A DNA stretch of 61,281 nucleotides, the filler included, from Candidatus Babelota bacterium (lineage in GTDB: Bacteria; JAGOBX01), in NCBI GenBank assembly GCA_017999075.1. It is 8 parts of 8 records of this genome, joined end to end, with 100 filler letters (N's around TTAATTAATTAA, not from the genome) between each part and the next. Parts side by side here need not be neighbours in the genome. Positions count along the whole stretch, not along the records: positions 18,896 to 22,822 come from JAGOBX010000394.1; positions 22,923 to 26,835 come from JAGOBX010000395.1; positions 26,936 to 30,825 come from JAGOBX010000396.1; 5 more parts are not named here. One strand, given 5' to 3'. The position numbers and the translations under genes were made by a program. This document shows positions 20,060-28,780 of the stretch, piece after piece; positions within the stretch are counted from its first letter, which is position 1; every line of letters starts with the position of its first letter. The notes beneath the pieces are model-generated. The model did not search any database. It saw only the letters and a program-made list of their open reading frames with translations, and was not told the origin of the DNA.

Positions 20060-20272
20060 ATGTTAGAGAAATTGCCGAATGGCGTAATTGTGGATTTATC
20101 AAAAATTGAGTATATAGGCATTTTGGAAAATTTTGGGGGGCAACGCTTATTTGAAATAATAATTAACGGAGGGCCTAAAATGTTTAAATTTATCGGGCAG
20201 TCAGAAAAAGCAACGGAAACTTACAATTATTTAATTGATAGGATAAAAGTGGCGGGTTTAGGAACTGTTTAA
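20060..20272 (+). CDS. Hypothetical phage-type protein
   Basis: AGGAGG RBS, 70 aa. Confidence 0.7.
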   Translation: MLEKLPNGVIVDLSKIEYIGILENFGGQRLFEIIINGGPKMFKFIGQSEKATETYNYLIDRIKVAGLGTV

Positions 20273-20331
20273 AAATGTATCACAAAAGAATAGTTATGTG
20301 ATATAAATTTATTTTTGGGTATTGCAAAACG

Positions 20332-20502
20332 ATGTATTATGAAAAGGCGGCGAACGCCGCGAAAGTCAGCGAAAAAAACTTTATTGATGTTTTTAACCGA
20401 CATTTTAATAAGTCAGGGTTTTATTGTGAATCTGCGAACGCTGGCGATTGGTATAATTCAGTTGACGCGATAATTAAACTTTTGGGATATATTTTTTATT
20501 AA
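20332..20502 (+). CDS. Possible 56-aa ORF MYYEKAANAAK..., perhaps a remnant of a longer gene
   Basis: Open frame with protein-like composition; an upstream in-frame ATG (20275) is separated by one TGA; no clear RBS. Confidence 0.35.
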   Translation: MYYEKAANAAKVSEKNFIDVFNRHFNKSGFYCESANAGDWYNSVDAIIKLLGYIFY

Positions 20503-20523
20503 TAATTTCAGGAGGTTATTTTA

Positions 20524-20904
20524 ATGAAAAAGACAGATATAAAAGATAATCAAGATTTAACGCCGTTAAAAGCTATCCGTAAATATTGCGTAGATTTTTG
20601 TTGTATTGGGCAGAGTGAAGAAGTTAGGTTATGTCCTTGCAACGATGATAAGAATTCAGGATTATATTGTTCGTTATGGAAATTCAGGTTTGGCAAAGGC
20701 CAGAGCTGCGGCTCAAGATTGAAAGCGATAAAAGAGAGATGTCTTGATTGTTCGGGTTATGAATTTAAGGAAGATAAAAATTGTCAATATACCGATTGTC
20801 AACTATACAATTTCAGAATCGGCAGAAATCCAAAATTAAAAGGGCGCGGCAATAAAGCGGCAAATTTCGCAAATAATTTAAAAAAATACGAACCTACTGC
20901 TTGA
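20524..20904 (+). CDS. Cys-rich protein with an internally duplicated putative zinc-binding module
   Basis: Two copies of LKAIxxxCxD..C...C...CxLxxFRxG; AGGAGG RBS. Confidence 0.75.
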   Translation: MKKTDIKDNQDLTPLKAIRKYCVDFCCIGQSEEVRLCPCNDDKNSGLYCSLWKFRFGKGQSCGSRLKAIKERCLDCSGYEFKEDKNCQYTDCQLYNFRIGRNPKLKGRGNKAANFANNLKKYEPTA

Positions 20905-20988
20905 TTTAAGAAAAATTATCGGCAAAGGGTATAAAGTTAAAGGGTTAATGATTAAATTTAATAAATCGTTTAACTGAACGAGGGTTTT

Positions 20989-21207
20989 ATGAATGAGTTT
21001 GTTTTTGCAAAGAAAAGATTATTGACTGCAAACGAGGCGGCGGAATATTTAGGAATAGCGACCGGAACTTTTTACAATCTTGTCAATCAAAAAGTTATTC
21101 CATATTTATGCAATCCACAAAAAAACAACGGCAGATTTTGGCGTTGCGATATTAAAGATTTACACAATTTAATTGAAAATAATAAAATATATAATGAAGT
21201 CAGCTAA
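20989..21207 (+). CDS. Excisionase-like helix-turn-helix protein
   Basis: LLTANEAAEYLGIATGTFYNLV; directly upstream of the integrase. Confidence 0.85.
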   Translation: MNEFVFAKKRLLTANEAAEYLGIATGTFYNLVNQKVIPYLCNPQKNNGRFWRCDIKDLHNLIENNKIYNEVS

Positions 21208-21267
21208 AAAAATGACCTTGATTTTTTTTATTTTATCGGTTATAAGACCAATTAAAGAGGTATTGCG

Positions 21268-22311
21268 ATGAGTGGGAGTATATACCAACGGAGCGATACC
21301 GGCGCGTATTATATCAAATTTAAAGACCAAAACGGGAGGTGGCTAACCGAAAAACTTGGTAAAATCAGCAGGGCAGACGCTGAAAAAGTTTTAACAATCA
21401 GAAAATCAGAAGTTTTTCAGGGTAAATATAACCTTGCCGACAATCAAGTTAAAACAATCATTTTTGAAAAGTGGTGTAATGAATATCAGTCAATCCTTTC
21501 GGATAGACGCGAAAAAAACAGATTGAAACCTTTGATTAATTATTTTTCAGGCAGAACTTTAAATAAAGTTACGGCTTGGGATTTAAAACTATTTAAAGAT
21601 AAGCGCAGTCAGGAAGTATCAAACGCCGAAACAAACAAAGAATTGAAATTATTAAAAAGATTAATGAGAGCGGCGGCGGAAAAGGGTTTTAAAAATCAAA
21701 TAGCGGATTGTAAATTGCCGTTGTTTATAAACGCAGACAAAGGGCGGATAAGAGTTTTAAGCTATGAAGAAGAAAAAGCAATGCTTGAAACCGCGCTTAA
21801 ACTTGGAAAAACGGAAGTTTATAATTTTTTGATTATCGGATTAAATACCGGTTGCCGACCGGCAGAAATATACAATCTGAAGTTTGACAATATCAATTTT
21901 GATAAAAACATTATAACCGTATATCAACCGAAAGTAAAAGAATCAAAAACCATTCCATTAAATGATACATTGCGGCAATTATTTTTAAAGATTACGGCGA
22001 ATCGAAAAGGCGAATATATTTTGACAAATAACAATAAACCTTTTCATAATAGTTTTTTCTGTAAACTTTGGCGGATAGTAAGAACGAACGCCGGACTTGA
22101 TAAAGATGTTATTCCTTATACATTGCGGCATACATTCGCCACGCGGCTTTGTGAAGCTGGCGTCCCTGTGCGGCGGCTTATGAATTATACCGGACATAAA
22201 ACGCTTGCTATGGTAATGAGATATACTCATTTAGAGAATGCGGAAACTGATTTAAAATTACTTGACGCTAAACCGGAAATCAAAGACATTCAGGCAGCAA
22301 TTCAAGCGTAA
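21268..22311 (+). CDS. Tyrosine recombinase / phage integrase
   Basis: TGCRPAE (R), QPK (K), YTLRH (R), TGH (H), RYTH (Y); N-terminal arm-binding-like segment GSIYQR..YYIKF. Confidence 0.95.
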   Translation: MSGSIYQRSDTGAYYIKFKDQNGRWLTEKLGKISRADAEKVLTIRKSEVFQGKYNLADNQVKTIIFEKWCNEYQSILSDRREKNRLKPLINYFSGRTLNKVTAWDLKLFKDKRSQEVSNAETNKELKLLKRLMRAAAEKGFKNQIADCKLPLFINADKGRIRVLSYEEEKAMLETALKLGKTEVYNFLIIGLNTGCRPAEIYNLKFDNINFDKNIITVYQPKVKESKTIPLNDTLRQLFLKITANRKGEYILTNNNKPFHNSFFCKLWRIVRTNAGLDKDVIPYTLRHTFATRLCEAGVPVRRLMNYTGHKTLAMVMRYTHLENAETDLKLLDAKPEIKDIQAAIQA

Positions 22312-22322
22312 AAATGCTTATT

Positions 22323-22344
22323 TTGTTACGGATTAGCTACGCAT
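22323..22344 (+). repeat. Tandem arm-type site pair TTGTTACGGAT-TAGCTACGCAT
   Basis: Two 11-bp units; matches 22612-22633. Confidence 0.7.
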
Positions 22345-22406
22345 ATTTAAAGTTTTAATGTTAAATTATCTGATAATTAAAAGGTTATGATTGAATGAGC
22401 GACGGT

Positions 22407-22444
<38 letters not shown>

Positions 22445-22479
22445 ATTTGTTAATTTTATAATTTATAATATTACAAATT

Positions 22480-22501
22480 CCCTTGAAAAATCAAGGGTTT
22501 T
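22480..22501 (+). terminator. Hairpin cccttga-aaaa-tcaaggg followed by TTTT
   Basis: 7-bp perfect stem downstream of int; overlaps an IHF-like AATCAAGGGTTTT. Confidence 0.45.
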
Positions 22502-22516
22502 AATTGATTTTTAGTT

Positions 22517-22544
22517 ATTATATTTAAAGAAAACCATTTGTCAA
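22517..22544 (-). promoter_or_regulatory. Consensus sigma70 promoter facing the tRNA 5' half
   Basis: TTGACA (22544-22539), 16 bp, TATAAT (22522-22517). Confidence 0.8.
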
Positions 22545-22611
22545 GATTTTTTTTTATTTTCATCAGTTTTTTCAATTTTCACCACTTTTAATTAAATTTT
22601 GAGGGGAGCAT

Positions 22612-22633
22612 TTGTAACGAATTATCTACGTAT
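22612..22633 (+). repeat. Tandem arm-type site pair TTGTAACGAAT-TATCTACGTAT
   Basis: Direct repeat of 22323-22344 with the same 11-bp period. Confidence 0.7.
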
Positions 22634-22922
22634 GATTTTATTACTATGTTATACTATAATTATACGCAGATATTTTTATTAATTCACCGAATTTAATTTT
22701 GTTGGATTTTTTGTGTAAGACGAACTAAAAATATACTTTAAATATGAAATAAAAAAATATAATATGATTTTTTTATTTGCTAAAAATACTATTTGATTTT
22801 TATTATATAAAAATTATAATACNNNNNNNNNNNNNNNNNNNNNNNNNNNNNNNNNNNNNNNNNNNNTTAATTAATTAANNNNNNNNNNNNNNNNNNNNNN
22901 NNNNNNNNNNNNNNNNNNNNNN

Positions 22923-23261
22923 CAACATAGCAGCAGACTGATAGACTATTGAAATTCCTATAGTTATTATTATTATTGAAATAAGAGAAGAATTTAATGC
23001 CGGTCTTATAAAAAGTCGTTCAGTAATAATGCCAAGAATGCATACGCATAATGCTGTTAGAAAAAAAGAAGGGAAAACAGGTAAAGAGCAATGCTCGGTG
23101 AATGTGTACATAAACATTCCTCCGAGCATTACAAATTCGCCTTGAGCAAAATTTATTATGTCAGTAGTTCGGTAAATAACAGTAAATCCTAATGCCACAA
23201 GAGCATAAATAGCTCCGTATGTTATTCCGTTTACAAGATATTGAAATAATATTTCCGACAC
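22923..23261 (-). CDS. livH: Branched-chain amino acid ABC permease, 3'-truncated
   Basis: NGITYGAIYALVALGF, INFAQGE. Confidence 0.9.
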
Positions 23262-23271
23262 TTAACCAATA

Positions 23272-24429
23272 TTAATCCTTATAAAATTTCCATTTTCCTT
23301 TTTCGAGTTTAACAAAACAGAATGAAGAATTGTCAAGCCCGTTATGATCAGTTTGTGAAAAATTAAATATCCCTGCAGTTCCGCTGAATTTTTTTATCTG
23401 TTCAAGAGCATCTCTCACTTTTGATTTATCAGTTGATTTTGCAATTGTTAATGCTTCTTTTAAAATCATTATAGCGTCGTACGCATGACCGGCAAATGTA
23501 TTAGCTTCTTCATTATATTTTGAAGCGTATTCTTTTTTAAATTCAGTAAGCATAGCTTTCTGTGGATGTTTTTTAGGAAGCTGTTCTGCTATTACAAGTC
23601 TGCCGCAAGGAAGTATTACTCCGTCGCCTGATTTTCCTGCTGCTTTGATATAACCTTCATTTGCAATTCCGTGACTCATGAAAACAGGAACTTTGATTCC
23701 AAGCGATTTGATTGCTTTAGCAACTTTAGCTGCACCTTTATCAGTATCCCAGCATAAAATAGCCTGAGGTTTTTTTGATTTGATTTTAGTGATTTGAGTG
23801 TTGACTTCAGCATCTTCAGGAGAATATTTTTCTGCTGTAATAATTTCTATTCCGAACTGAGGAGCAAACTTTTCAGCTTGTTTAGCGCCGCCGAGTCCAA
23901 ATCCTTTATCAGCGGTAATCAGCGCGATTTTAGTTATTTTCATTTCTTTCATTAATTTGAATATTTTTTCAACAGCCATTCTGTCTGACTGTGGAGTTTT
24001 GAATATCCATTTGCTGTTTTCTACCGGAACCACAATGTCTTCTGCTGCAGCGCATGATATTAAAGGAGTCTGCATATTGTTCATTTCATTTTTTATTGCC
24101 AAACTTACTCCGCTTGTTGTAGGTCCTACTATTGCAACAACATTTTCTTTTTGAACTAATTCTTTAATTGCGTTTAAAGCTTTTTGCGGATCGCCGGCAG
24201 TGTCTTTTATTATTATCTGAACTTTACTCCCGTTTATTCCGCCTTGTTTATTGATTTTTTCTTCAAGCATCATAGCTGTTTTACGTTCGGGTTCGCCCAA
24301 AAATGACGCTCCGCCTGTATAAGCGAATATAGCACCTATTTTAATAACATTTTCATCTGCCTGCAGATTGTACGATTGTATGGACATAACAACGCACATA
24401 ATAAGAATCAGAATAAAACCTTTTTTCAT
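23272..24429 (-). CDS. LivK-type ABC substrate-binding protein
   Basis: GGAGG RBS, signal peptide, IKIGAI..TG, INKQGGING, AYDA. Confidence 0.9.
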   Translation of the reverse strand: MKKGFILILIMCVVMSIQSYNLQADENVIKIGAIFAYTGGASFLGEPERKTAMMLEEKINKQGGINGSKVQIIIKDTAGDPQKALNAIKELVQKENVVAIVGPTTSGVSLAIKNEMNNMQTPLISCAAAEDIVVPVENSKWIFKTPQSDRMAVEKIFKLMKEMKITKIALITADKGFGLGGAKQAEKFAPQFGIEIITAEKYSPEDAEVNTQITKIKSKKPQAILCWDTDKGAAKVAKAIKSLGIKVPVFMSHGIANEGYIKAAGKSGDGVILPCGRLVIAEQLPKKHPQKAMLTEFKKEYASKYNEEANTFAGHAYDAIMILKEALTIAKSTDKSKVRDALEQIKKFSGTAGIFNFSQTDHNGLDNSSFCFVKLEKGKWKFYKD

Positions 24430-24643
24430 AAAATCCAAACCTCCTAAATACTAACTAAAAAAATATTTATTACATTATTATATATTTTTATAATTCTTTT
24501 TAAAAATATATAATTTTGCTTTGAAAATATCAAATTATATCCAATATTCATTTTTTTGCAAACGGGGATCATGTTTGATATTTTAACACAGATATTTTTA
24601 TATTTTAATTTTATGATAATGTCAAGTTTTTTTAAATTAAAAC

Positions 24644-25294
24644 TTATGGTTTTACGCCAATAATTTTATAGATGATTCCGAATTTTAAATTTGTAATGCT
24701 TACATTTTTGAATCCTGTAATATTCAGAAAATAATCAAGCGAATACTTAGCGTTTTCAGCAATTTCATTTTGGGCCAATAAAAATGCTGAAGACTTTAAA
24801 AATAATTTTCCTGCAATATTTTCGGGTTTGCTGAAATCTATTGTATATGCAACTCCGCCATGTTTTAAAATTCTATATATTTCTTTAAAAGTGCGTATTT
24901 TAGAATCGTATGGAATATGATGCAGAAACATTGTGTTTATAACACAGTCAAATGATTCGTTATCAAATGGAAGGTTTTCAGATACAGTATTAATAAAGGC
25001 TGCGTTTTTAACTTGATAATTTTTTTTTACTGCTATTTGAATCATTTTAGGCGCAGCGTCGATTCCAACACAAAATCCATTATTTAATTTTTTAGATAAA
25101 ATTCCGGTTATTGATCCGGTTCCGCATCCTATATCAAGAAGATAATTAGCTTTGCATATTTTTGAAATATCTGAATAAATCAATTCTGCTGTTTTTTTAT
25201 CGTAATTATTCAGGAAAAAATTCATGAATATATCATATACAGGCGCGGCATAATTTAAAACTCTGCCTGGTGTACCATATTTATATTTTTTCAT
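24644..25294 (-). CDS. Class I SAM-dependent methyltransferase (UbiE-like)
   Basis: LDIGCGTG, GIDAAPKM, LPFDNESFD, EIYRILKHGG. Confidence 0.9.
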   Translation of the reverse strand: MKKYKYGTPGRVLNYAAPVYDIFMNFFLNNYDKKTAELIYSDISKICKANYLLDIGCGTGSITGILSKKLNNGFCVGIDAAPKMIQIAVKKNYQVKNAAFINTVSENLPFDNESFDCVINTMFLHHIPYDSKIRTFKEIYRILKHGGVAYTIDFSKPENIAGKLFLKSSAFLLAQNEIAENAKYSLDYFLNITGFKNVSITNLKFGIIYKIIGVKP

Positions 25295-25336
25295 AACTTT
25301 ATGTGTTGTTGCTTAAAATAACTAACTGGGTTTAAT

Positions 25337-25462
25337 GGGAATGTTTCCAAATGGCAGTTCTGCCATTCTGGCAGTTCTGCCATTTTTTACAAAATTTATA
25401 TATTGATAAACAATAAGTTTACTTTGTAAAAAAATATATAAATATATTTTGGAAACAGTTCC
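25337..25462. mobile_element. MITE copy 1 (126 bp, with a 17-bp internal tandem duplication)
   Basis: Terminal inverted repeats GGGAATGTTTCCAAA / TTTGGAAACAGTTCC; near-identical inverted copy at 30662-30770. Confidence 0.8.
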
Positions 25463-26473
25463 TTAATCTACCGCCAGTTTTTTTATGAATTTTGAGTACA
25501 ACATTCCAATTTTAAGTTTTGTAAAAATAAGTTTCATAATGCAATTTAAAAAAGTTTGGTCATATTTATTATTAATGGAATACAATTCTGAAAAAGCAGA
25601 ATGTATTTTTTCTGATATTGTAATCATTGATTCATCAATATATCTCATAATAACAGGGTTGGAATACAAATTTTTACTGTTACTTTTTAAATCAGACAAT
25701 ACTGTTTCTGATTTTTTTAAAATATTATCTCTAACCATTAATGCTAAAATATAGTTCGGTTTTTTTTCTGTGAAATCTTCGTATATGTCCGAAATATCGT
25801 CTAAAAGTTGAACTGCTATTCCGAAATCGTAGATTGCTGATTCTGTTTTTAAAAGATTAGGGTTTTTGTTTATATTTTTTGCCGCAATAAAAGGCAGTGT
25901 AAATAATTTTCCTGATTTGTAATGATGAACAGATGATATTATTTTTTCAGGAGAAAAATTAAGCTGGGTTAATTGAGTTTCTTCAGCTTCATTTATTCCG
26001 GAACCTGTAAGCTGTTTGAAAATTTCAGATTGGATTTCAGTAATTTTTTCATGCCTGAATAAATTATGGGTATGACTGTAATTGTATAATACTGAACATA
26101 TTATCTTTTCGGCTAACAGCAAATCAAAAACAGATTTCATTATTTTTGATTTCGTAATTTTAGTATAACTGAGATAATGGTTGTCATCTCCGTCAAGCAG
26201 GTTGTCTGCCCCTGTTATAATCAGACGTAAACAATTATTAAGTATTCCGCAGAATTTACGTTCACATTCGGTAAAACCCAGAGATTCGTATATAGAATAA
26301 AAAAATATTGAATGCATATTGTTGAACAAATGCGTGGTTTTTGAGTTTTTAATTTTATATAACCCGTAAAAATTATATTTTTCGACATATTTGTTGAATT
26401 CAAGTTCGACTTCATTGTAATGAAGTTTGGATATTTCCGTTAAATATTTTATTTTATTTATTATGTTTTTCAA
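25463..26473 (-). CDS. Divergent class I isoprenoid-biosynthesis-fold enzyme (prenyltransferase or terpene synthase-like)
   Basis: ADNLLDGDD, YKSGKLF and GIAVQLLDDISD motifs; probable TTG start after AAGGAG. Confidence 0.75.
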   Translation of the reverse strand: MKNIINKIKYLTEISKLHYNEVELEFNKYVEKYNFYGLYKIKNSKTTHLFNNMHSIFFYSIYESLGFTECERKFCGILNNCLRLIITGADNLLDGDDNHYLSYTKITKSKIMKSVFDLLLAEKIICSVLYNYSHTHNLFRHEKITEIQSEIFKQLTGSGINEAEETQLTQLNFSPEKIISSVHHYKSGKLFTLPFIAAKNINKNPNLLKTESAIYDFGIAVQLLDDISDIYEDFTEKKPNYILALMVRDNILKKSETVLSDLKSNSKNLYSNPVIMRYIDESMITISEKIHSAFSELYSINNKYDQTFLNCIMKLIFTKLKIGMLYSKFIKKLAVD

Positions 26474-26474
26474 T

Positions 26475-26835
26475 TCATTGCCGCTCCTTGATTTCTCCGT
26501 CTTTAACTTCAAAAATTTTATCTGAAAAATTAAAAATTCTGCTGTCGTGTGCTGCTACGATTATTGTTTTGCCGGTATCAGCCAGTTTTCTGAAAAATGA
26601 ATAAATTATTTCAGCATTGAACGAATCAAGGTTTGCAGTAGGTTCATCCGCAATAATTATATGCTGATCAAATAATAGTGAGCGTAAGACTGAAACGCGC
26701 TGGCGCTGGCCTCTCGACAAGTGCGCAGGGAACTTGTCTAAAGTCTGAGAAATTTGAAATAAATCAGTAAAACTAGATAGATCGATTTTTATTTTAATAC
26801 CGCTTAGCTGCGGGATTATTTCAAGATTTTCTCGT
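26475..26835 (-). CDS. LolD/MacB-type ABC ATPase, 5'-truncated
   Basis: LSRGQRQR signature, IIADEPTANLD, AAHD. Confidence 0.9.
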
Positions 26836-26936
26836 NNNNNNNNNNNNNNNNNNNNNNNNNNNNNNNNNNNNNNNNNNNNTTAATTAATTAANNNNNNNNN
26901 NNNNNNNNNNNNNNNNNNNNNNNNNNNNNNNNNNNT

Positions 26937-28727
26937 ACCAAAGAAGGTGAAATACTTGTTGGGAGAATTGCAAAAAATCAGTCGATTACAAACCCCGATA
27001 ATACATTGAGATCAATAAAAAGGCATATGGGTGAAGCAAACTATAAAGTTAAAATACCAATAATGGGGAAAACATACACTCCTGAACAAATTTCTGCTGA
27101 GACATTGAGAAAAATGAAAAAAACAGCTGAAGATTATCTTGGTGAGAAAGTTGAAAAAGCTGTCATAACTGTTCCTGCGTATTTCAATGATTCGCAGCGT
27201 CAGGCTACTAAAGATGCAGGAACAATTGCAGGACTTGAAGTTGTGCGTATAGTTAACGAGCCAACGGCATCTGCGTTAGCATATGGTTTGGATAAAAAGA
27301 AAGATGAAATAATAGCGGTATATGATTTTGGAGGAGGGACTTTTGATATTTCTATATTAGAGATAGGAGATGGAGTATTTGAGGTTAAGTCGACAAATGG
27401 TAACACTCAGTTGGGCGGAGATGATTTTGATGATATAATAATTCAATGGATGGTTGATGAATTTAAGAAAGAAAGCGGAATAGATTTGTCAAAAGATAAA
27501 ATGGCTAAACAAAGGTTAAAGGAATCTGCAGAAAAAGCAAAAATAGATTTGTCAGGAATGAATGAAACCAATATTAATTTGCCATTTATTACAGCTGACG
27601 CAACAGGACCAAAACATTTGAACCTTAATTTAACAAAAGCTAAATTTGAATCTATGATTATGGATTTGGTTGACGGATCATTTGAACCATGCAGACAGGC
27701 TGTTAAAGATGCGGGAATAAAAGTATCTGATATTGATGAAGTAGTATTGGTAGGAGGATCAACGAGAATTCCTTTGATTCAAAAAAAAGTGAAAGAATTT
27801 TTTGGGAAAGAAGGACATAAAGGAATTAATCCTGATGAAGTTGTAGCTATAGGAGCTGCTATTCAGGCGGGAATTTTAATGGGAGACAGTAAACTTAAAG
27901 ATTTAGTTCTTCTTGATGTAACTCCTTTAACTCTTGGAGTAGAAGTTCTTGGAAATATGGTTGAACCTATTATTGACAGAAATACAACTATTCCTGTTAA
28001 AAAAAGTAAAGTTTTTACTACTGCTGCAGACAGTCAGCCGGCTGTTAGTATTAATGTTTTGCAGGGTGAACGTAAATTTGCTAAAGACAATAAAACTCTC
28101 GGAAGATTTGATCTTGTAGGCATACCTCCTGCCCCGCGCGGAGTTCCTCAGATAGAAGTTACGTTTGATATTGATGCTAACGGTATATTAAAAGTTACAG
28201 CTAAAGACTTAGGTACAGGAAAAGAACAGCAGATAACTATAACGAAACCAGGTGGATTGAGTAAAGAAGAAATTGATAAAATGATTAAAGAAGCTGAAAT
28301 GCATGCTGAGGAAGATAAAAAACAGCAGGAACTTGTAAGCGCGCGCAACCAGGCTGAAAGTATTATTTACAATACTGAAAAATCGTTGAAGGATTACGGA
28401 GACAAGATTTCTGAAGATGATAAAAAGAAAATAGAAGATACAATATCAAAATTGAAAGAAGTTAAAGACAGTGATAATGTAGAAACAATAAATAGTGCTA
28501 TTGAAGAAGTAACTAAAAATGCGCATAAACTTGCAGAAGAAGTTTATAAAGCTGCTGCAGAAAAAAATCAGCAGGCTGCAGGAACAGGAAGTCAAACCGG
28601 TAATACTGAAGCAGCTGATGCAGGGCAAAGCAATTCTGATAATAAAGGTCAGCAAGCCAACAAACAATCATCAAATTCTGATGTTGTTGATGCTGAATTT
28701 GAAGAAGTTAAAGATAATAAAAAATAA
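26937..28727 (+). CDS. dnaK: Chaperone DnaK, 5'-truncated
   Basis: [39 protein letters not shown]. Confidence 0.98.
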   Translation, partial: TKEGEILVGRIAKNQSITNPDNTLRSIKRHMGEANYKVKIPIMGKTYTPEQISAETLRKMKKTAEDYLGEKVEKAVITVPAYFNDSQRQATKDAGTIAGLEVVRIVNEPTASALAYGLDKKKDEIIAVYDFGGGTFDISILEIGDGVFEVKSTNGNTQLGGDDFDDIIIQWMVDEFKKESGIDLSKDKMAKQRLKESAEKAKIDLSGMNETNINLPFITADATGPKHLNLNLTKAKFESMIMDLVDGSFEPCRQAVKDAGIKVSDIDEVVLVGGSTRIPLIQKKVKEFFGKEGHKGINPDEVVAIGAAIQAGILMGDSKLKDLVLLDVTPLTLGVEVLGNMVEPIIDRNTTIPVKKSKVFTTAADSQPAVSINVLQGERKFAKDNKTLGRFDLVGIPPAPRGVPQIEVTFDIDANGILKVTAKDLGTGKEQQITITKPGGLSKEEIDKMIKEAEMHAEEDKKQQELVSARNQAESIIYNTEKSLKDYGDKISEDDKKKIEDTISKLKEVKDSDNVETINSAIEEVTKNAHKLAEEVYKAAAEKNQQAAGTGSQTGNTEAADAGQSNSDNKGQQANKQSSNSDVVDAEFEEVKDNKK

Positions 28728-28747
28728 TTAATTTATTATTTTATAGG

Positions 28748-28779
28748 ACCTCTCTAAAGGCTGAAGCCGAAGGAGAGGT
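28748..28779. terminator. Hairpin between convergent dnaK and uvrC
   Basis: acctctc...gagaggt stem enclosing a ggct-ga-agcc hairpin. Confidence 0.55.
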
Positions 28780-28780
28780 T

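Noticed and set aside
20275-20502. In-frame TGA suggesting stop-codon reassignment
   Set aside because: TGA clearly terminates other genes (680, 20904, 31638, 58703); a single case fits a nonsense mutation or chance
22114-22135. Integrase inactive because HxxR reads YxxR
   Set aside because: This His is variable among tyrosine recombinases; R, K, R, H and Y are intact
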